From Candidatus Daviesbacteria bacterium GW2011_GWA1_41_61 (GTDB lineage: Bacteria > Patescibacteriota > Microgenomatia > Daviesbacterales > UBA10151), in assembly GCA_000997385.1 (NCBI GenBank), contig LCBT01000004.1:8002-72001 (forward strand): 64,000 bases of DNA, given 5' to 3'. The position numbers were made by a program, and so were the translations under genes. Shown one piece after another: positions 36,835-45,533 of the stretch (the first letter of the stretch is position 1; each line of letters begins with the position of its first letter). Under the pieces are notes generated by a model that was given only the letters and a program-made list of their open reading frames with translations, made no database searches and was not told the origin of the DNA.

Positions 36835-39042
36835 TTACTTTTTCTCTTTAAGCTTAACTCCTGCAATAATCATAGCCTCAATGAAAGATTGTCTACCTTC
36901 TGCAGTAACAACGTCTATAATCTTAGATATATTCTTTCTTTTTTCAAAATATTCGGGGTGTTCTTGCTCTAACCTAGCCTTTACCTGCAAGGCTATTGAA
37001 GATAGTCGAGATTCCCTACCCGTAAAAATTAGATGTAGGATGGACTGCGTTAGTGGCAAATCTGCTTCACGAACTTGCTGAATAGTAGTGTCTTTTAGTT
37101 TTTCCCCTGCAGCTACCATTGCGTTAATAAATATTTGTCTACCTTCAAAGGTGACTGCGTCTACTATAAAAGACCCGTTCATTCTTTTTTTAAAATATTC
37201 AGGGTACTCGCTCTCTAATCTCTCTTTTACCTCTTTAACTCTTAGTGATAACCTTGTTCCATCACCTATAAAAACCAATTTTACACTCTCCCATGTTAAA
37301 GCCATATCTGTATCCTTAAGTTCCTGGATATCTTTGTCTTGCAGCGCTATACCCGCGGCTAACATTTCTTCAATAAAAGCTTGTTTGCCTTCAAGGGTAA
37401 CGATTGAGATCACATTCGGCCCACTCCTTCTTTTAGAAAAATATTCTGGATGCTCAGTTTCCATTCTTGTTTTTACTTGTAGGGCCAGAGGAGATAACTT
37501 CTCAAACCCGCCCCTAAAGACCTCTGTCAAACCAGCATGCGATAGTGGGATTTCTCCAGCTATAACATCTATTAGTAACCCCTTCCCAAGATCTGAAATA
37601 TCTACCGAGTCGCCTTTCCTTCTTATGTTTTGCACTACATCAAGTTCAGTTAATCCTGCAATGTCCTGCTCGGGCCCAAGGTATAATAGACCACTCGGTA
37701 GTTGTCTAACACTTCCTTTCATCCACATACCCATGTTATATGACCAGCCATATTGATTGGTTTGGTAGAGGAAGTCTAGATTAAGACCAAATAATTTACC
37801 TTCAAAGCGGCGAGCTAGTCTTCCAACGTATTGGGTATAACGTAGGTCGGAATCGGTAGGAGAAGCCCAAACTAAAACTTCAGTAAATGGAGCATCAAAT
37901 CCTTCTGATGCAACATAGGGAGATATTAAAACCTGAATGGAACGAGGGTCGCTTTGTGCAAGTTTATATCTTTCAATAGTGTCGAGAGCTGGAATTTCCT
38001 CATTATGAATTTGTCTTGCAGCTTGCTGGTTGACAGCAACACCTACCTTAATACCTTTAGCATTTAGAAGTTGTGCCAATTCTTGAGCCTCCCAGACAAA
38101 GTTTACAGCCACAACAGTTTTGTATTCTTTTTCACCATCTCTGATGATATTTGCAACCTTATCTGCAATAAATGGCCTCAGTTCTGGACTTTTCTTTAAA
38201 ATTTGCTCGAGCTTTCGATAATCAATCTGTCCATTTAGTTTAGTGGGGATCTCTTCTACTAGACCTGTTGTATTAATTTGCATTCCCAAAAGAGGAGGAA
38301 GTAATCTTGACTCTTGTGCTTCGGGCAAAGGGAAATTATAAGCAACCTCAAAACCATATTGTTCTGGCCTCTTCATTTGACCACTGTGTCTGTGGGGAGT
38401 AGCAGTGAACCCTATTACATTTGGGAATTGACAAACTGCGGAAGCTCGTTGAGCGGTTCCGATATTGTGAACCTCGTCAACAATCACTAAATCAAATTCT
38501 GCTGGATCAAGCTGACCTCTTTTGTAGGCTGATTGAATAGTTTGGATTGTTGCCACTCTCACATCGACGTCTTTATCCTTAAATCTTCCTACCCGATAAA
38601 ATGGAAGATCCTCTTGTTCGATTTCAAGAACTTCCTCGACGTCCTCTGTTTCTGTGGTATCTCTTTCTAACTCCTCTGACTCAGTATAGTCAACATAGTC
38701 AACACCACCATTAGATTCTTCTTGATACCTTATTAAAGCAGCATGCGCTTGTTGCACTAAAGTCAACTTTGTTCCGGCGATAAAAAGTACTCTTGCTCCA
38801 GGGTTTCTGCTTCTCCATCTTTCAATAACTTCATGCTCAACCCTTGTTTTACCGATACCTGTTGCCATAGCAGCGATAGGAAAATGGCTGCCTACTTCTC
38901 TTCTCTCAAGATGATCTAAAACTGTCTGAGCTGCCTCATACTGTTTTTGGTCTAACAGGGTTTGTAAATCTGGGGTCAGAAGACCATCTCCACCAACCTC
39001 ACCTGTCAAGCCACGAATTTTTTGCTCACCACTTCTTTCCAT
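36835..39042 (-). CDS. SF2 DEVH-box helicase (ResIII/COG1061-like) with three C-terminal about 80-aa tandem repeats
   Basis: Motif I ATGIGKT, motif II VIVDEVHN, motif III GFTATP, motif VI QYVGRLARR; C-terminal triple repeat (L.VK.RLE.EHPEYF.KR......D.VT.EG.Q.FI.AM..AG.KL); six-frame track ORF runs to 39123 through repeat copy B, start probably ATG 39042 preceded by tgatataat. Confidence 0.75.
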   Translation of the reverse strand: MERSGEQKIRGLTGEVGGDGLLTPDLQTLLDQKQYEAAQTVLDHLERREVGSHFPIAAMATGIGKTRVEHEVIERWRSRNPGARVLFIAGTKLTLVQQAHAALIRYQEESNGGVDYVDYTESEELERDTTETEDVEEVLEIEQEDLPFYRVGRFKDKDVDVRVATIQTIQSAYKRGQLDPAEFDLVIVDEVHNIGTAQRASAVCQFPNVIGFTATPHRHSGQMKRPEQYGFEVAYNFPLPEAQESRLLPPLLGMQINTTGLVEEIPTKLNGQIDYRKLEQILKKSPELRPFIADKVANIIRDGEKEYKTVVAVNFVWEAQELAQLLNAKGIKVGVAVNQQAARQIHNEEIPALDTIERYKLAQSDPRSIQVLISPYVASEGFDAPFTEVLVWASPTDSDLRYTQYVGRLARRFEGKLFGLNLDFLYQTNQYGWSYNMGMWMKGSVRQLPSGLLYLGPEQDIAGLTELDVVQNIRRKGDSVDISDLGKGLLIDVIAGEIPLSHAGLTEVFRGGFEKLSPLALQVKTRMETEHPEYFSKRRSGPNVISIVTLEGKQAFIEEMLAAGIALQDKDIQELKDTDMALTWESVKLVFIGDGTRLSLRVKEVKERLESEYPEYFKKRMNGSFIVDAVTFEGRQIFINAMVAAGEKLKDTTIQQVREADLPLTQSILHLIFTGRESRLSSIALQVKARLEQEHPEYFEKRKNISKIIDVVTAEGRQSFIEAMIIAGVKLKEKK
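36838..37497 (-). repeat. three tandem about 240-bp coding repeats (helicase C-terminal modules)
   Basis: Protein-level repeats of 84, 82 and 54 aa with shared EHPEYF.KR / EG.Q.FI.AM motifs. Confidence 0.5.
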
Positions 39043-39096
39043 GAGGCTAATTATATCAGAAGGTATTAGAGCATACAAATTATAGGATATCTGACT

Positions 39097-39126
39097 TCCG
39101 GCTTCACCGGCAGAGTAGAACACTAA
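39097..39126. repeat. direct repeat copy B (tccggcttcaccggcagagtagaacactaa)
   Basis: Duplicates last 9 codons + stop of fusA with 1 mismatch, 2297 bp downstream of copy A. Confidence 0.85.
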
Positions 39127-39132
39127 TATTGG

Positions 39133-39161
39133 TGTTGACTAAACGTACGGAATAACGTACA
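39133..39161 (+). promoter_or_regulatory. sigma70-like promoter TTGACT-17-TACAAT with CGTACG dyad, 8 nt before the Phd/YefM-like ATG
   Basis: ttgact aaacgtacggaataacg tacaat; acgtac repeated twice (possible autoregulatory operator). Confidence 0.5.
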
Positions 39162-39169
39162 ATACCCTC

Positions 39170-39367
39170 ATGACTACAGTTTCTGCCACAACTGCCAGAG
39201 AAAAATTATATGATCTCATTGAAGAGGTGAATAGGTCTGGGAAAATGATTGGTATTACTAACAGGGGGGTGTTAAAAGCTGTATTGATTAGTCAAAAGGA
39301 ATACGAGTTCATGGTGAATATTGTTTTTAAGATATCAAAAAGAGAGTTAAAAAATGTAAGATTTTAG
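39170..39367 (+). CDS. Phd/YefM-family antitoxin-like protein
   Basis: TTAREKLYDLIEEVNRSGKMIGITNRGVLKAVLISQKEYEFM matches Phd/YefM N-terminal fold consensus. Confidence 0.65.
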   Translation: MTTVSATTAREKLYDLIEEVNRSGKMIGITNRGVLKAVLISQKEYEFMVNIVFKISKRELKNVRF

Positions 39368-39368
39368 A

Positions 39369-39920
39369 GTGGCTCAATCTAATTTCTGGACCATTGCTGA
39401 CAATTTACCACCAAGACCTGATTGTTTAGTAGTTATATCCTACTCTGTTAAAGATAAAAGTGAACCTACAAGACAAACCAAAGCTTTAATAAAAGAAGCT
39501 TTTGGATGGTGGAAAAAATTTCCCCAAGCTAAAATTATTATGTCTACTGGAGATAATCAGGGACTAGGATTGCCTAATTCTAAAGTCATGGCAGACTATG
39601 GTGTTAGTCTAGGTCTTCCCAGGAAAAATATTATTGAGGAGGAGAAATCTCAAGATACTTATGAGAACCTACTTTATTCCAGGAAGATTATTCAAAAAGA
39701 GGGGTTTAAACAACCTACCTTAGTAGTTTTAGATCTTCATAGTAGAAGAGCTCTAGCCCTAGCCAGAAAGTTGAGCTGGAAAAATTTCTACTGGATAACT
39801 GTTTTTAGTCAAGGTGAATCAGGATATGGGAAAAAAGCTCTCCAGACTTCCTCCCGCCCTGTGATCTTAATCTATGAGATGCTAGCTTATGTTTATAATA
39901 TGCTAAAAGGAGAGTTATAG
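39369..39920 (+). CDS. DUF218/YdcF (SanA/ElyC)-like domain protein
   Basis: DCLVVIS...AKIIMSTGD...MADYGVSLGLPRKNIIEEEKSQDTYENLLYSRKII...LVVLDLHSRRA matches DUF218 motifs; GTG start 1 nt after Phd-like stop. Confidence 0.65.
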   Translation: MAQSNFWTIADNLPPRPDCLVVISYSVKDKSEPTRQTKALIKEAFGWWKKFPQAKIIMSTGDNQGLGLPNSKVMADYGVSLGLPRKNIIEEEKSQDTYENLLYSRKIIQKEGFKQPTLVVLDLHSRRALALARKLSWKNFYWITVFSQGESGYGKKALQTSSRPVILIYEMLAYVYNMLKGEL

Positions 39921-39971
39921 TCTTTATAAATCAGATCTTGCTTTTTTGAGAGAAATAGTGTAAAAATAAGA

Positions 39972-40024
39972 TGCAAATTAAGAAACTTAATTTGCAGACC
40001 CGCTTGTGGAAAGTGGGTTTTTAA
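39972..40024 (+). terminator. tandem hairpins: 11-bp perfect stem (tgcaaattaag-aaa-cttaatttgca) then intrinsic terminator (acccgctt-gtgga-aagtgggt + T5)
   Basis: Read directly downstream of the DUF218 gene. Confidence 0.55.
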
Positions 40025-40096
40025 TGGGCTTGAAATGTAGGACTTGATTTTTCAAGTAATCTTGTTTAAACTACTTTATCAAGTAAGAGGTTGTGC

Positions 40097-40153
40097 TGGA
40101 TGATTTGGCAGTACAAACTTTAGAAAAAATAAAGGAAAAGTCCAAATCATCCA
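40097..40153 (+). promoter_or_regulatory. perfect 12-bp inverted repeat (tggatgatttgg / ccaaatcatcca) with 33-nt purine-rich loop ending 7 nt before tuf ATG
   Basis: Read directly; potential 5'UTR hairpin or operator. Confidence 0.4.
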
Positions 40154-40159
40154 AAATAT

Positions 40160-41344
40160 ATGGCAGAGGCAAAAAAATTTGAAAGAACCAAACCGCACGT
40201 GAACATTGGTACCATGGGTCATGTTGACCATGGTAAGACCACTTTAACGGCGGCTATCATGACAGTGTTGGCCGGTAAGGGAATGGCCCAGAAGTCTTCT
40301 GTTGATGATATTGATAACGCTCCTGAAGAGAAGGCCCGCGGTATTACTATTAATATTTCCCACCGCGAATATGAGACCGAAAAGAGACATTATGCTCACA
40401 TTGACATGCCGGGTCATGCTGATTACATCAAAAACATGATTACCGGCGCTGCTCAAACGGATGGAGCTATTTTGGTAGTTTCGGCTCCCGATGGCCCAAT
40501 GCCCCAAACTCGAGAGCATTTACTCTTAGCCAGACAGGTAGGGGTTCCAGCAATTGTAGTTTACCTAAACAAAACTGACCAGGTTTCTGATCCCGAACTT
40601 TTGGAACTGGTGGAAGAAGAGATCCGCGATCTTTTGGCCAAATACCAATTCGATAAAAACTCCCCCATTATTAAAGGTTCAGCTTTGAAGGCCTTAGAAG
40701 GTGACACGGAAGCTGTTAAATCTATTGAAGAGCTGATGAAAGCTGTTGATGAGTGGATCCCTACTCCTACCCGGGATGTTGATAAACCATTCCTGATGGC
40801 TGTAGAAGATGTTTTCTCTATCAAGGGAAGAGGAACTGTTGTTACAGGGAGGATTGAAAGAGGTAAAGTTAAGATTAACGAGGAAATTGAAATTGTAGGA
40901 ATCAGACCAACGAAGAAAAGCGTTGTGACTGGAGTAGAAATGTTTCATAAAATGCTGGATGAAGGTCAAGCTGGAGATAATGCCGGGATACTTCTTCGGG
41001 GTATTGAAAAAGATGATGTGGAGCGTGGTCAGGTTTTAGCTAAACCGGGCTCAATCACACCCCACTCTGAATTTGAAGCTGAAGTTTATGTCCTTTCTAA
41101 GGAAGAGGGTGGAAGACATACCCCGTTCTTTAAAGGCTACAGACCGCAATTCTATATTAGAACTACTGATGTGACCGGTGAGGTTATCTTACCGGAAGGT
41201 CTGGAGATGGTTATGCCGGGTGATACTACTAAGATGAATGTTAAGTTAATTACTCCGGTAGCTATGGAGGAGGGGTTAAGATTTGCTGTCCGGGAGGGTG
41301 GTAAGACCGTTGGAGCTGGAGTCATTACTAAGATTCTTAAATAA
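40160..41344 (+). CDS. tuf: elongation factor Tu
   Basis: 394 aa, [22 protein letters not shown]. Confidence 0.97.
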   Translation: MAEAKKFERTKPHVNIGTMGHVDHGKTTLTAAIMTVLAGKGMAQKSSVDDIDNAPEEKARGITINISHREYETEKRHYAHIDMPGHADYIKNMITGAAQTDGAILVVSAPDGPMPQTREHLLLARQVGVPAIVVYLNKTDQVSDPELLELVEEEIRDLLAKYQFDKNSPIIKGSALKALEGDTEAVKSIEELMKAVDEWIPTPTRDVDKPFLMAVEDVFSIKGRGTVVTGRIERGKVKINEEIEIVGIRPTKKSVVTGVEMFHKMLDEGQAGDNAGILLRGIEKDDVERGQVLAKPGSITPHSEFEAEVYVLSKEEGGRHTPFFKGYRPQFYIRTTDVTGEVILPEGLEMVMPGDTTKMNVKLITPVAMEEGLRFAVREGGKTVGAGVITKILK

Positions 41345-41446
41345 GAATCTTGCGATAGTTCCGCCGATAAATAAACGAAGTTTGTAAATCGGCGTAGTAA
41401 CTATCTAAAAATTAATAAGTAGTATATTCCTGAATGAGGTTTGACC

Positions 41447-41472
41447 AAAAAGGGCCGCAAAGGCCCTTTTTT
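41447..41472 (+). terminator. rho-independent terminator after tuf (aaaagggcc-gcaaa-ggccctttttt)
   Basis: GC stem 5 bp + loop + T6, A-tract upstream (bidirectional). Confidence 0.8.
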
Positions 41473-41479
41473 GATGTTT

Positions 41480-41511
41480 GAGTGTTTTGTGGCTATTTTT
41501 GTGATATAATG
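41480..41511 (+). promoter_or_regulatory. extended -10 promoter (tgatataat) for the S10 operon
   Basis: TGaTATAAT at 41502-41510, 28 nt before rpsJ ATG; same motif recurs upstream of ftsK and the helicase. Confidence 0.35.
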
Positions 41512-41538
41512 TTCGCACCTTAATAGGTTTACTATACT

Positions 41539-41850
41539 ATGGCTAAAGGACGAGTCAGAATCAAACTTAAAAGTTATGACCATCGGGTTTTAGATGGCGC
41601 TTCAGAGCAGCTTTTAGACACTGCTTTACGTACCGGTGCCAAAATTGTTGGTCCGATCCCCCTTCCTACTAAAACAGAAAAGTTTACTGTTATCAGAGGT
41701 ACCTCTTCTAACGCAAAAAATTCCCAAGAAGCATTTGAAATTAAAACCCACAAAAGATTGGTGGAAATCGTTGAACCTACAGAAAAAACTATTGATGCCC
41801 TAATGCATCTAGAGTTACCCGCCGGTGTTGACATTGAAGTTAAGATGTAA
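41539..41850 (+). CDS. rpsJ: 30S ribosomal protein S10
   Basis: RVRIKLKSYDHRVLD... 103 aa. Confidence 0.95.
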   Translation: MAKGRVRIKLKSYDHRVLDGASEQLLDTALRTGAKIVGPIPLPTKTEKFTVIRGTSSNAKNSQEAFEIKTHKRLVEIVEPTEKTIDALMHLELPAGVDIEVKM

Positions 41851-42046
41851 CTTCTCTTCACACTTTGGCCCTTTGTTCCAGCCAAAGGAGAGATCCTTTT
41901 CCTAATCAAGATAGTTGCATTTTGAGCGTAGTTCATGGTAGAATCTTTTCTAGGCCATGCAAATGGTAAAAATTTAAACTGGCTTTAAAAAAATCAGTAG
42001 ATCGCGCGTCGGAAAAAGATACGGCGACTCAAAATAGCGAGATACT

Positions 42047-42086
42047 GAGTGAGAGTCTGAGAGAATTGGACCTCACTCTTTTTCTT
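42047..42086 (+). terminator. terminator-like hairpin (gagtgag-18 nt loop-ctcactc + T-run) in 253-bp rpsJ-rplC spacer
   Basis: Read directly; 20 nt upstream of rplC SD. Confidence 0.35.
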
Positions 42087-42103
42087 GGCTAAAAAGGAGA
42101 AAG

Positions 42104-42889
42104 ATGATGATAGATACTTTACTTGGTGTTAAAAAATATATGACTTCTACCTATGATGCTCGGGGACGCCGGGTAGGTGTAACCGTGATTGAAGTCCAGC
42201 CTAACATGATAACTCAGATCAAGAGTGATGACAGCAAAGATGGCTATCAGGCTGTGCAGCTGGGATATGGAGCTAAAAAATCAGTTAAAAAGCCTCAGCT
42301 AGGGCATTTAAAGAAAGCTAAAGTAGCAGGGAGACTCAGATGGCTTAAAGAGATCAGAGGTGAAGAGAAAGGTGCGTCTTTAGGTGAGCAAATTGAAGTA
42401 AGCAAGATCTTTAAAAAAGGCGATGCGGTTAAAGTAAGCGGTCTTAGTAAAGGCCGGGGTTTTCAAGGAGGAGTTAAAAGATATGGTTTTGCCGGAGGTC
42501 CTAAAACTCATGGTCAATCAGATAGGCACCGGGCTCCAGGATCAATTGGTTCAGGAACAACTCCAGGCAGGGTTCTAAAAGGTAAAAGAATGGCTGGACA
42601 TATGGGAGCTTCCCAAGTTTCCGTCCGGGGTTTGGAAGTGATATCAGTAGACAAGCTGAATAATTTTTTGGTAGTCAAAGGTGGAGTTCCGGGACATCCA
42701 GGAGCTTTGCTGAGGATCCAAAATATCGGTAAGATTAAAGGATATACTCCACCGCCTGAGGAAAAAGAAGATGAAGAGGAATCCGACGCTAAAGCTTTGG
42801 CGGACAAAGGAGATGAAGTGGCTGAGACAAGAGAGCCTGTGGAAGTTATAAAAGAGGAAGGATCTGAGGAGGGAACCGAAAATGCCTAG
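42104..42889 (+). CDS. rplC: 50S ribosomal protein L3 with acidic C-terminal extension
   Basis: L3 core; about 45-aa Glu/Asp-rich tail. Confidence 0.95.
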   Translation: MMIDTLLGVKKYMTSTYDARGRRVGVTVIEVQPNMITQIKSDDSKDGYQAVQLGYGAKKSVKKPQLGHLKKAKVAGRLRWLKEIRGEEKGASLGEQIEVSKIFKKGDAVKVSGLSKGRGFQGGVKRYGFAGGPKTHGQSDRHRAPGSIGSGTTPGRVLKGKRMAGHMGASQVSVRGLEVISVDKLNNFLVVKGGVPGHPGALLRIQNIGKIKGYTPPPEEKEDEEESDAKALADKGDEVAETREPVEVIKEEGSEEGTENA

Positions 42890-43595
42890 AACCAAGAAGG
42901 AAACTAAACAAGAAGTCTCTGAGGGAAGGACAAAAAGGACTACTAAATCAAATGATTTGACAGTCACAACTTATTCTTTAAAAGGCCAGGAAGTGGGGAC
43001 AGCTGACCTGCCAAAAGAAATTTTTGGGGGTAAAATCAATAAAGCACTTTTGGCTCAGGCAGTAAGAGTGTACCTAAATAACTTAAAGGGGCACTTCTCT
43101 CATACTAAAACCCGAAGTGAAGTTAAAGGGTCTACCCGGAAAATCCGGGTCCAAAAAGGCACCGGAGGCGCCCGCCATGGTTCTATCCGCGCTCCAATTT
43201 TTGTCAAGGGAGGAGTGGCTTTAGGCCCAAAGTTTAGAAAAGTGGAATTTAAGCTGCCTAAAAAGATGAAAAGAGCTGCCTTGATTTCCGCCCTCTCTGA
43301 TAAGGCTAAAATGGGTGAAGTCTTGGTTTTACAAGGTGTGGAAAAGGTTTCCGGGAAGACTAAACAGATGCAGGAGCTTTTAGACAAATTGTCTAAGCAG
43401 AATATCTTAATTGTCAATGAGGGGAAAAATGAAATGCTGATGCGGTCAGTGAGGAATTTGCCAACTATTAAAGCTATAGCTTTTGACCAGCTTAATGTTT
43501 TGGAGATTGTAGCCCATCAAACAGTGCTGTTTACTAAAGAAGCAGTAGAGAAACTTGAATCTAAGATGGTGGGTAAAGAAAAGGAGTCAAAGTAA
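42882..43595 (+). CDS. rplD: 50S ribosomal protein L4
   Basis: L4 core with about 25-aa N-terminal basic extension. Confidence 0.9.
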   Translation: MPRTKKETKQEVSEGRTKRTTKSNDLTVTTYSLKGQEVGTADLPKEIFGGKINKALLAQAVRVYLNNLKGHFSHTKTRSEVKGSTRKIRVQKGTGGARHGSIRAPIFVKGGVALGPKFRKVEFKLPKKMKRAALISALSDKAKMGEVLVLQGVEKVSGKTKQMQELLDKLSKQNILIVNEGKNEMLMRSVRNLPTIKAIAFDQLNVLEIVAHQTVLFTKEAVEKLESKMVGKEKESK

Positions 43596-44008
43596 TGGAG
43601 ATCGTTTTAAGAAAACCAGTAGTGACGGAAAAATCAATGAAGTTGGCTGCTTTGGGCTGGTACACCTTTGTGGTAAATAAAAAAGCCCGTAAGCCAGTTA
43701 TTGCCAGGGCTGTAGAAGAATCCTTCGGGGTCAATGTAGCGGAGATAAAAACTACCACCTTTAAACCTGAAACAAAGATGCAAAGATCCAAACGCCATCC
43801 TTATCAGGTTCCAGGATATAAAAAAGCTGTGGTTAAGCTTAAAGAAGGACAAAAAATTGCTTTGTTTGAAACAGAAACCGGAGATAAAGAGGAAAAATCT
43901 ACTCCAGAAGTTAAAGAGAAGAAAAGCTTACTTAAAGGAACAAAAGTGAAGATAGAAAGAGGCGGAAAAGAGAAGGAGACCGAAGTGGGAGGAGAAAGGA
44001 ATGTCTAA
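43595..44008 (+). CDS. rplW: 50S ribosomal protein L23 with Lys/Glu-rich C-terminal extension
   Basis: L23 core (about 95 aa) + about 40-aa charged tail. Confidence 0.9.
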   Translation: MEIVLRKPVVTEKSMKLAALGWYTFVVNKKARKPVIARAVEESFGVNVAEIKTTTFKPETKMQRSKRHPYQVPGYKKAVVKLKEGQKIALFETETGDKEEKSTPEVKEKKSLLKGTKVKIERGGKEKETEVGGERNV

Positions 44009-44858
44009 AAATATGGCTTTAGCGCAGTATGAGCGAAGCTCTAAACTGGTCGCTTACAAGGAAAAAACTAATACCAGAAGGTTTACCTCAAAGCTTTTAA
44101 GACCTGCTAAAAGCGGTCAGGAAATAAGGGGTTTAAGGGTTATTTTACCCAAAAAGAGCGGTCGTTCAGGCGGTAAAATTACGGTGCGTCATCAAGGAGG
44201 CCGGCACAAAAGACAATACCGTCTGATAGATTTTAAGCGGGGCAAATGGGGAATTGAGGGCACAGTGGCAGCTTTAGAGTATGACCCAAACCGTAATGTC
44301 AATATCGCTTTGGTAAAGTATACTGATGGAGAGTTTCGCTATATTCTGGCTCCCCAGGGGCTGAAAGCAGGGTCTAAGGTCGAAGCTGGAAATAAGGTGG
44401 AGGTTAAGGTTGGTAATGCCATGAAATTAAAGAGTTTGCCGGTGGGAACGGTTGTTCATAATGTTGAACTGACGCCGGGCAAGGGAGGCCAAATTGGCCG
44501 CAGCGCTGGTACTTCTTTAACTTTGCAAGCTAAACAGGCACCCTTTGCACACTTGAAAATGCCTTCAGGTGAGATTAGAATGGTTCCTTTAGAATCTGTG
44601 GCAACTGTTGGGGTATTAGGAAATGAGGAATGGAAGCATCTTAAGTTTGGAAAAGCGGGAAGAGTAAGGCATATGGGTATCCGCCCGACAGTCCGGGGAA
44701 CTGCCCAAGACCCGCGTTCTCATCCTCATGGAGGTGGTGAAGCTCGCTCTGGAGTGGGAAGAAAGAAACCAATGACCAAATATGGCCGGCCAGCAGTAGG
44801 GAAGACCAGGCAGAAAGGAAAACTGAGTAATAGATTCATAATAAAGAGACGCCGTTAA
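44001..44858 (+). CDS. rplB: 50S ribosomal protein L2
   Basis: 285 aa, conserved L2. Confidence 0.95.
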   Translation: MSKNMALAQYERSSKLVAYKEKTNTRRFTSKLLRPAKSGQEIRGLRVILPKKSGRSGGKITVRHQGGRHKRQYRLIDFKRGKWGIEGTVAALEYDPNRNVNIALVKYTDGEFRYILAPQGLKAGSKVEAGNKVEVKVGNAMKLKSLPVGTVVHNVELTPGKGGQIGRSAGTSLTLQAKQAPFAHLKMPSGEIRMVPLESVATVGVLGNEEWKHLKFGKAGRVRHMGIRPTVRGTAQDPRSHPHGGGEARSGVGRKKPMTKYGRPAVGKTRQKGKLSNRFIIKRRR

Positions 44859-44876
44859 AAAAAGGAGATAAAAATT

Positions 44877-45158
44877 ATGGCACGAAGTTTAAAAAAAGGA
44901 CCGTATATAGACGAAAAATTAATGAAAAAAATAATGGCTCAAAAAACTGGGCAAAAATCGCCTATTAAAACTTGGGCTAGATCTTCCCAGATTGCTCCCG
45001 AGTTTGTGGGGCATACTTTGATGATTCACAATGGGAGGAATTTTATCTCAGTATTTATTACTGAATCAATGGTCGGTCACCGGGTGGGAGAGTTTGCTCC
45101 CACCAGGACTTTTAAGGGACATGGGAAGATGACTGAAAAATCGACATCAAAAACATAA
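44877..45158 (+). CDS. rpsS: 30S ribosomal protein S19
   Basis: 93 aa. Confidence 0.95.
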   Translation: MARSLKKGPYIDEKLMKKIMAQKTGQKSPIKTWARSSQIAPEFVGHTLMIHNGRNFISVFITESMVGHRVGEFAPTRTFKGHGKMTEKSTSKT

Positions 45159-45167
45159 GGAGAGATT

Positions 45168-45533
45168 ATGGAAATTGGACACACACAAAAATATATACAT
45201 ACTTCGCCTAGGAAACTGAAGCTGGTAGCAGATATGGTCAGATCAATGGAACCGCTTAAGGCTATAAAAATTTTGGAGATGACCAATAAAGCTGCGGCCT
45301 TATCTTTGGCTAAAGCCATTAAAACCGCTGTGGCTAATGCCAGGCAGCAAAAATTGCCGGAGGAGGGCCTTTCTTTTAAGAGTTTAGAGATTAATTCTGC
45401 TTCAACCAGAAGGGGTGTTACAGGCCGTTTTCATGCCCAAGCTAGAGGCCGGGTCAGCCCTTATAAAAAAAGACAAAGCCATATCAGAATAATTTTAAGT
45501 GACGAAGGAGGCAGCAATGGGTCAAAAAATTAA
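45168..45533 (+). CDS. rplV: 50S ribosomal protein L22
   Basis: 121 aa. Confidence 0.9.
   Translation: MEIGHTQKYIHTSPRKLKLVADMVRSMEPLKAIKILEMTNKAAALSLAKAIKTAVANARQQKLPEEGLSFKSLEINSASTRRGVTGRFHAQARGRVSPYKKRQSHIRIILSDEGGSNGSKN

Noticed and set aside
37088-37756. 222-aa plus-strand ORF inside the helicase gene
   Set aside because: Antisense to the helicase C-terminal repeat region; open frame explained by the repeats' codon bias
39043-39123. N-terminal 27 codons of the six-frame helicase ORF (MFYSAGEAG...)
   Set aside because: These codons are the reverse complement of direct-repeat copy B (fusA tail); start most likely at ATG 39042
41401-41583. 60-aa minus-strand ORF between tuf and rpsJ
   Set aside because: Overlaps the tuf terminator and the rpsJ promoter and start; spurious
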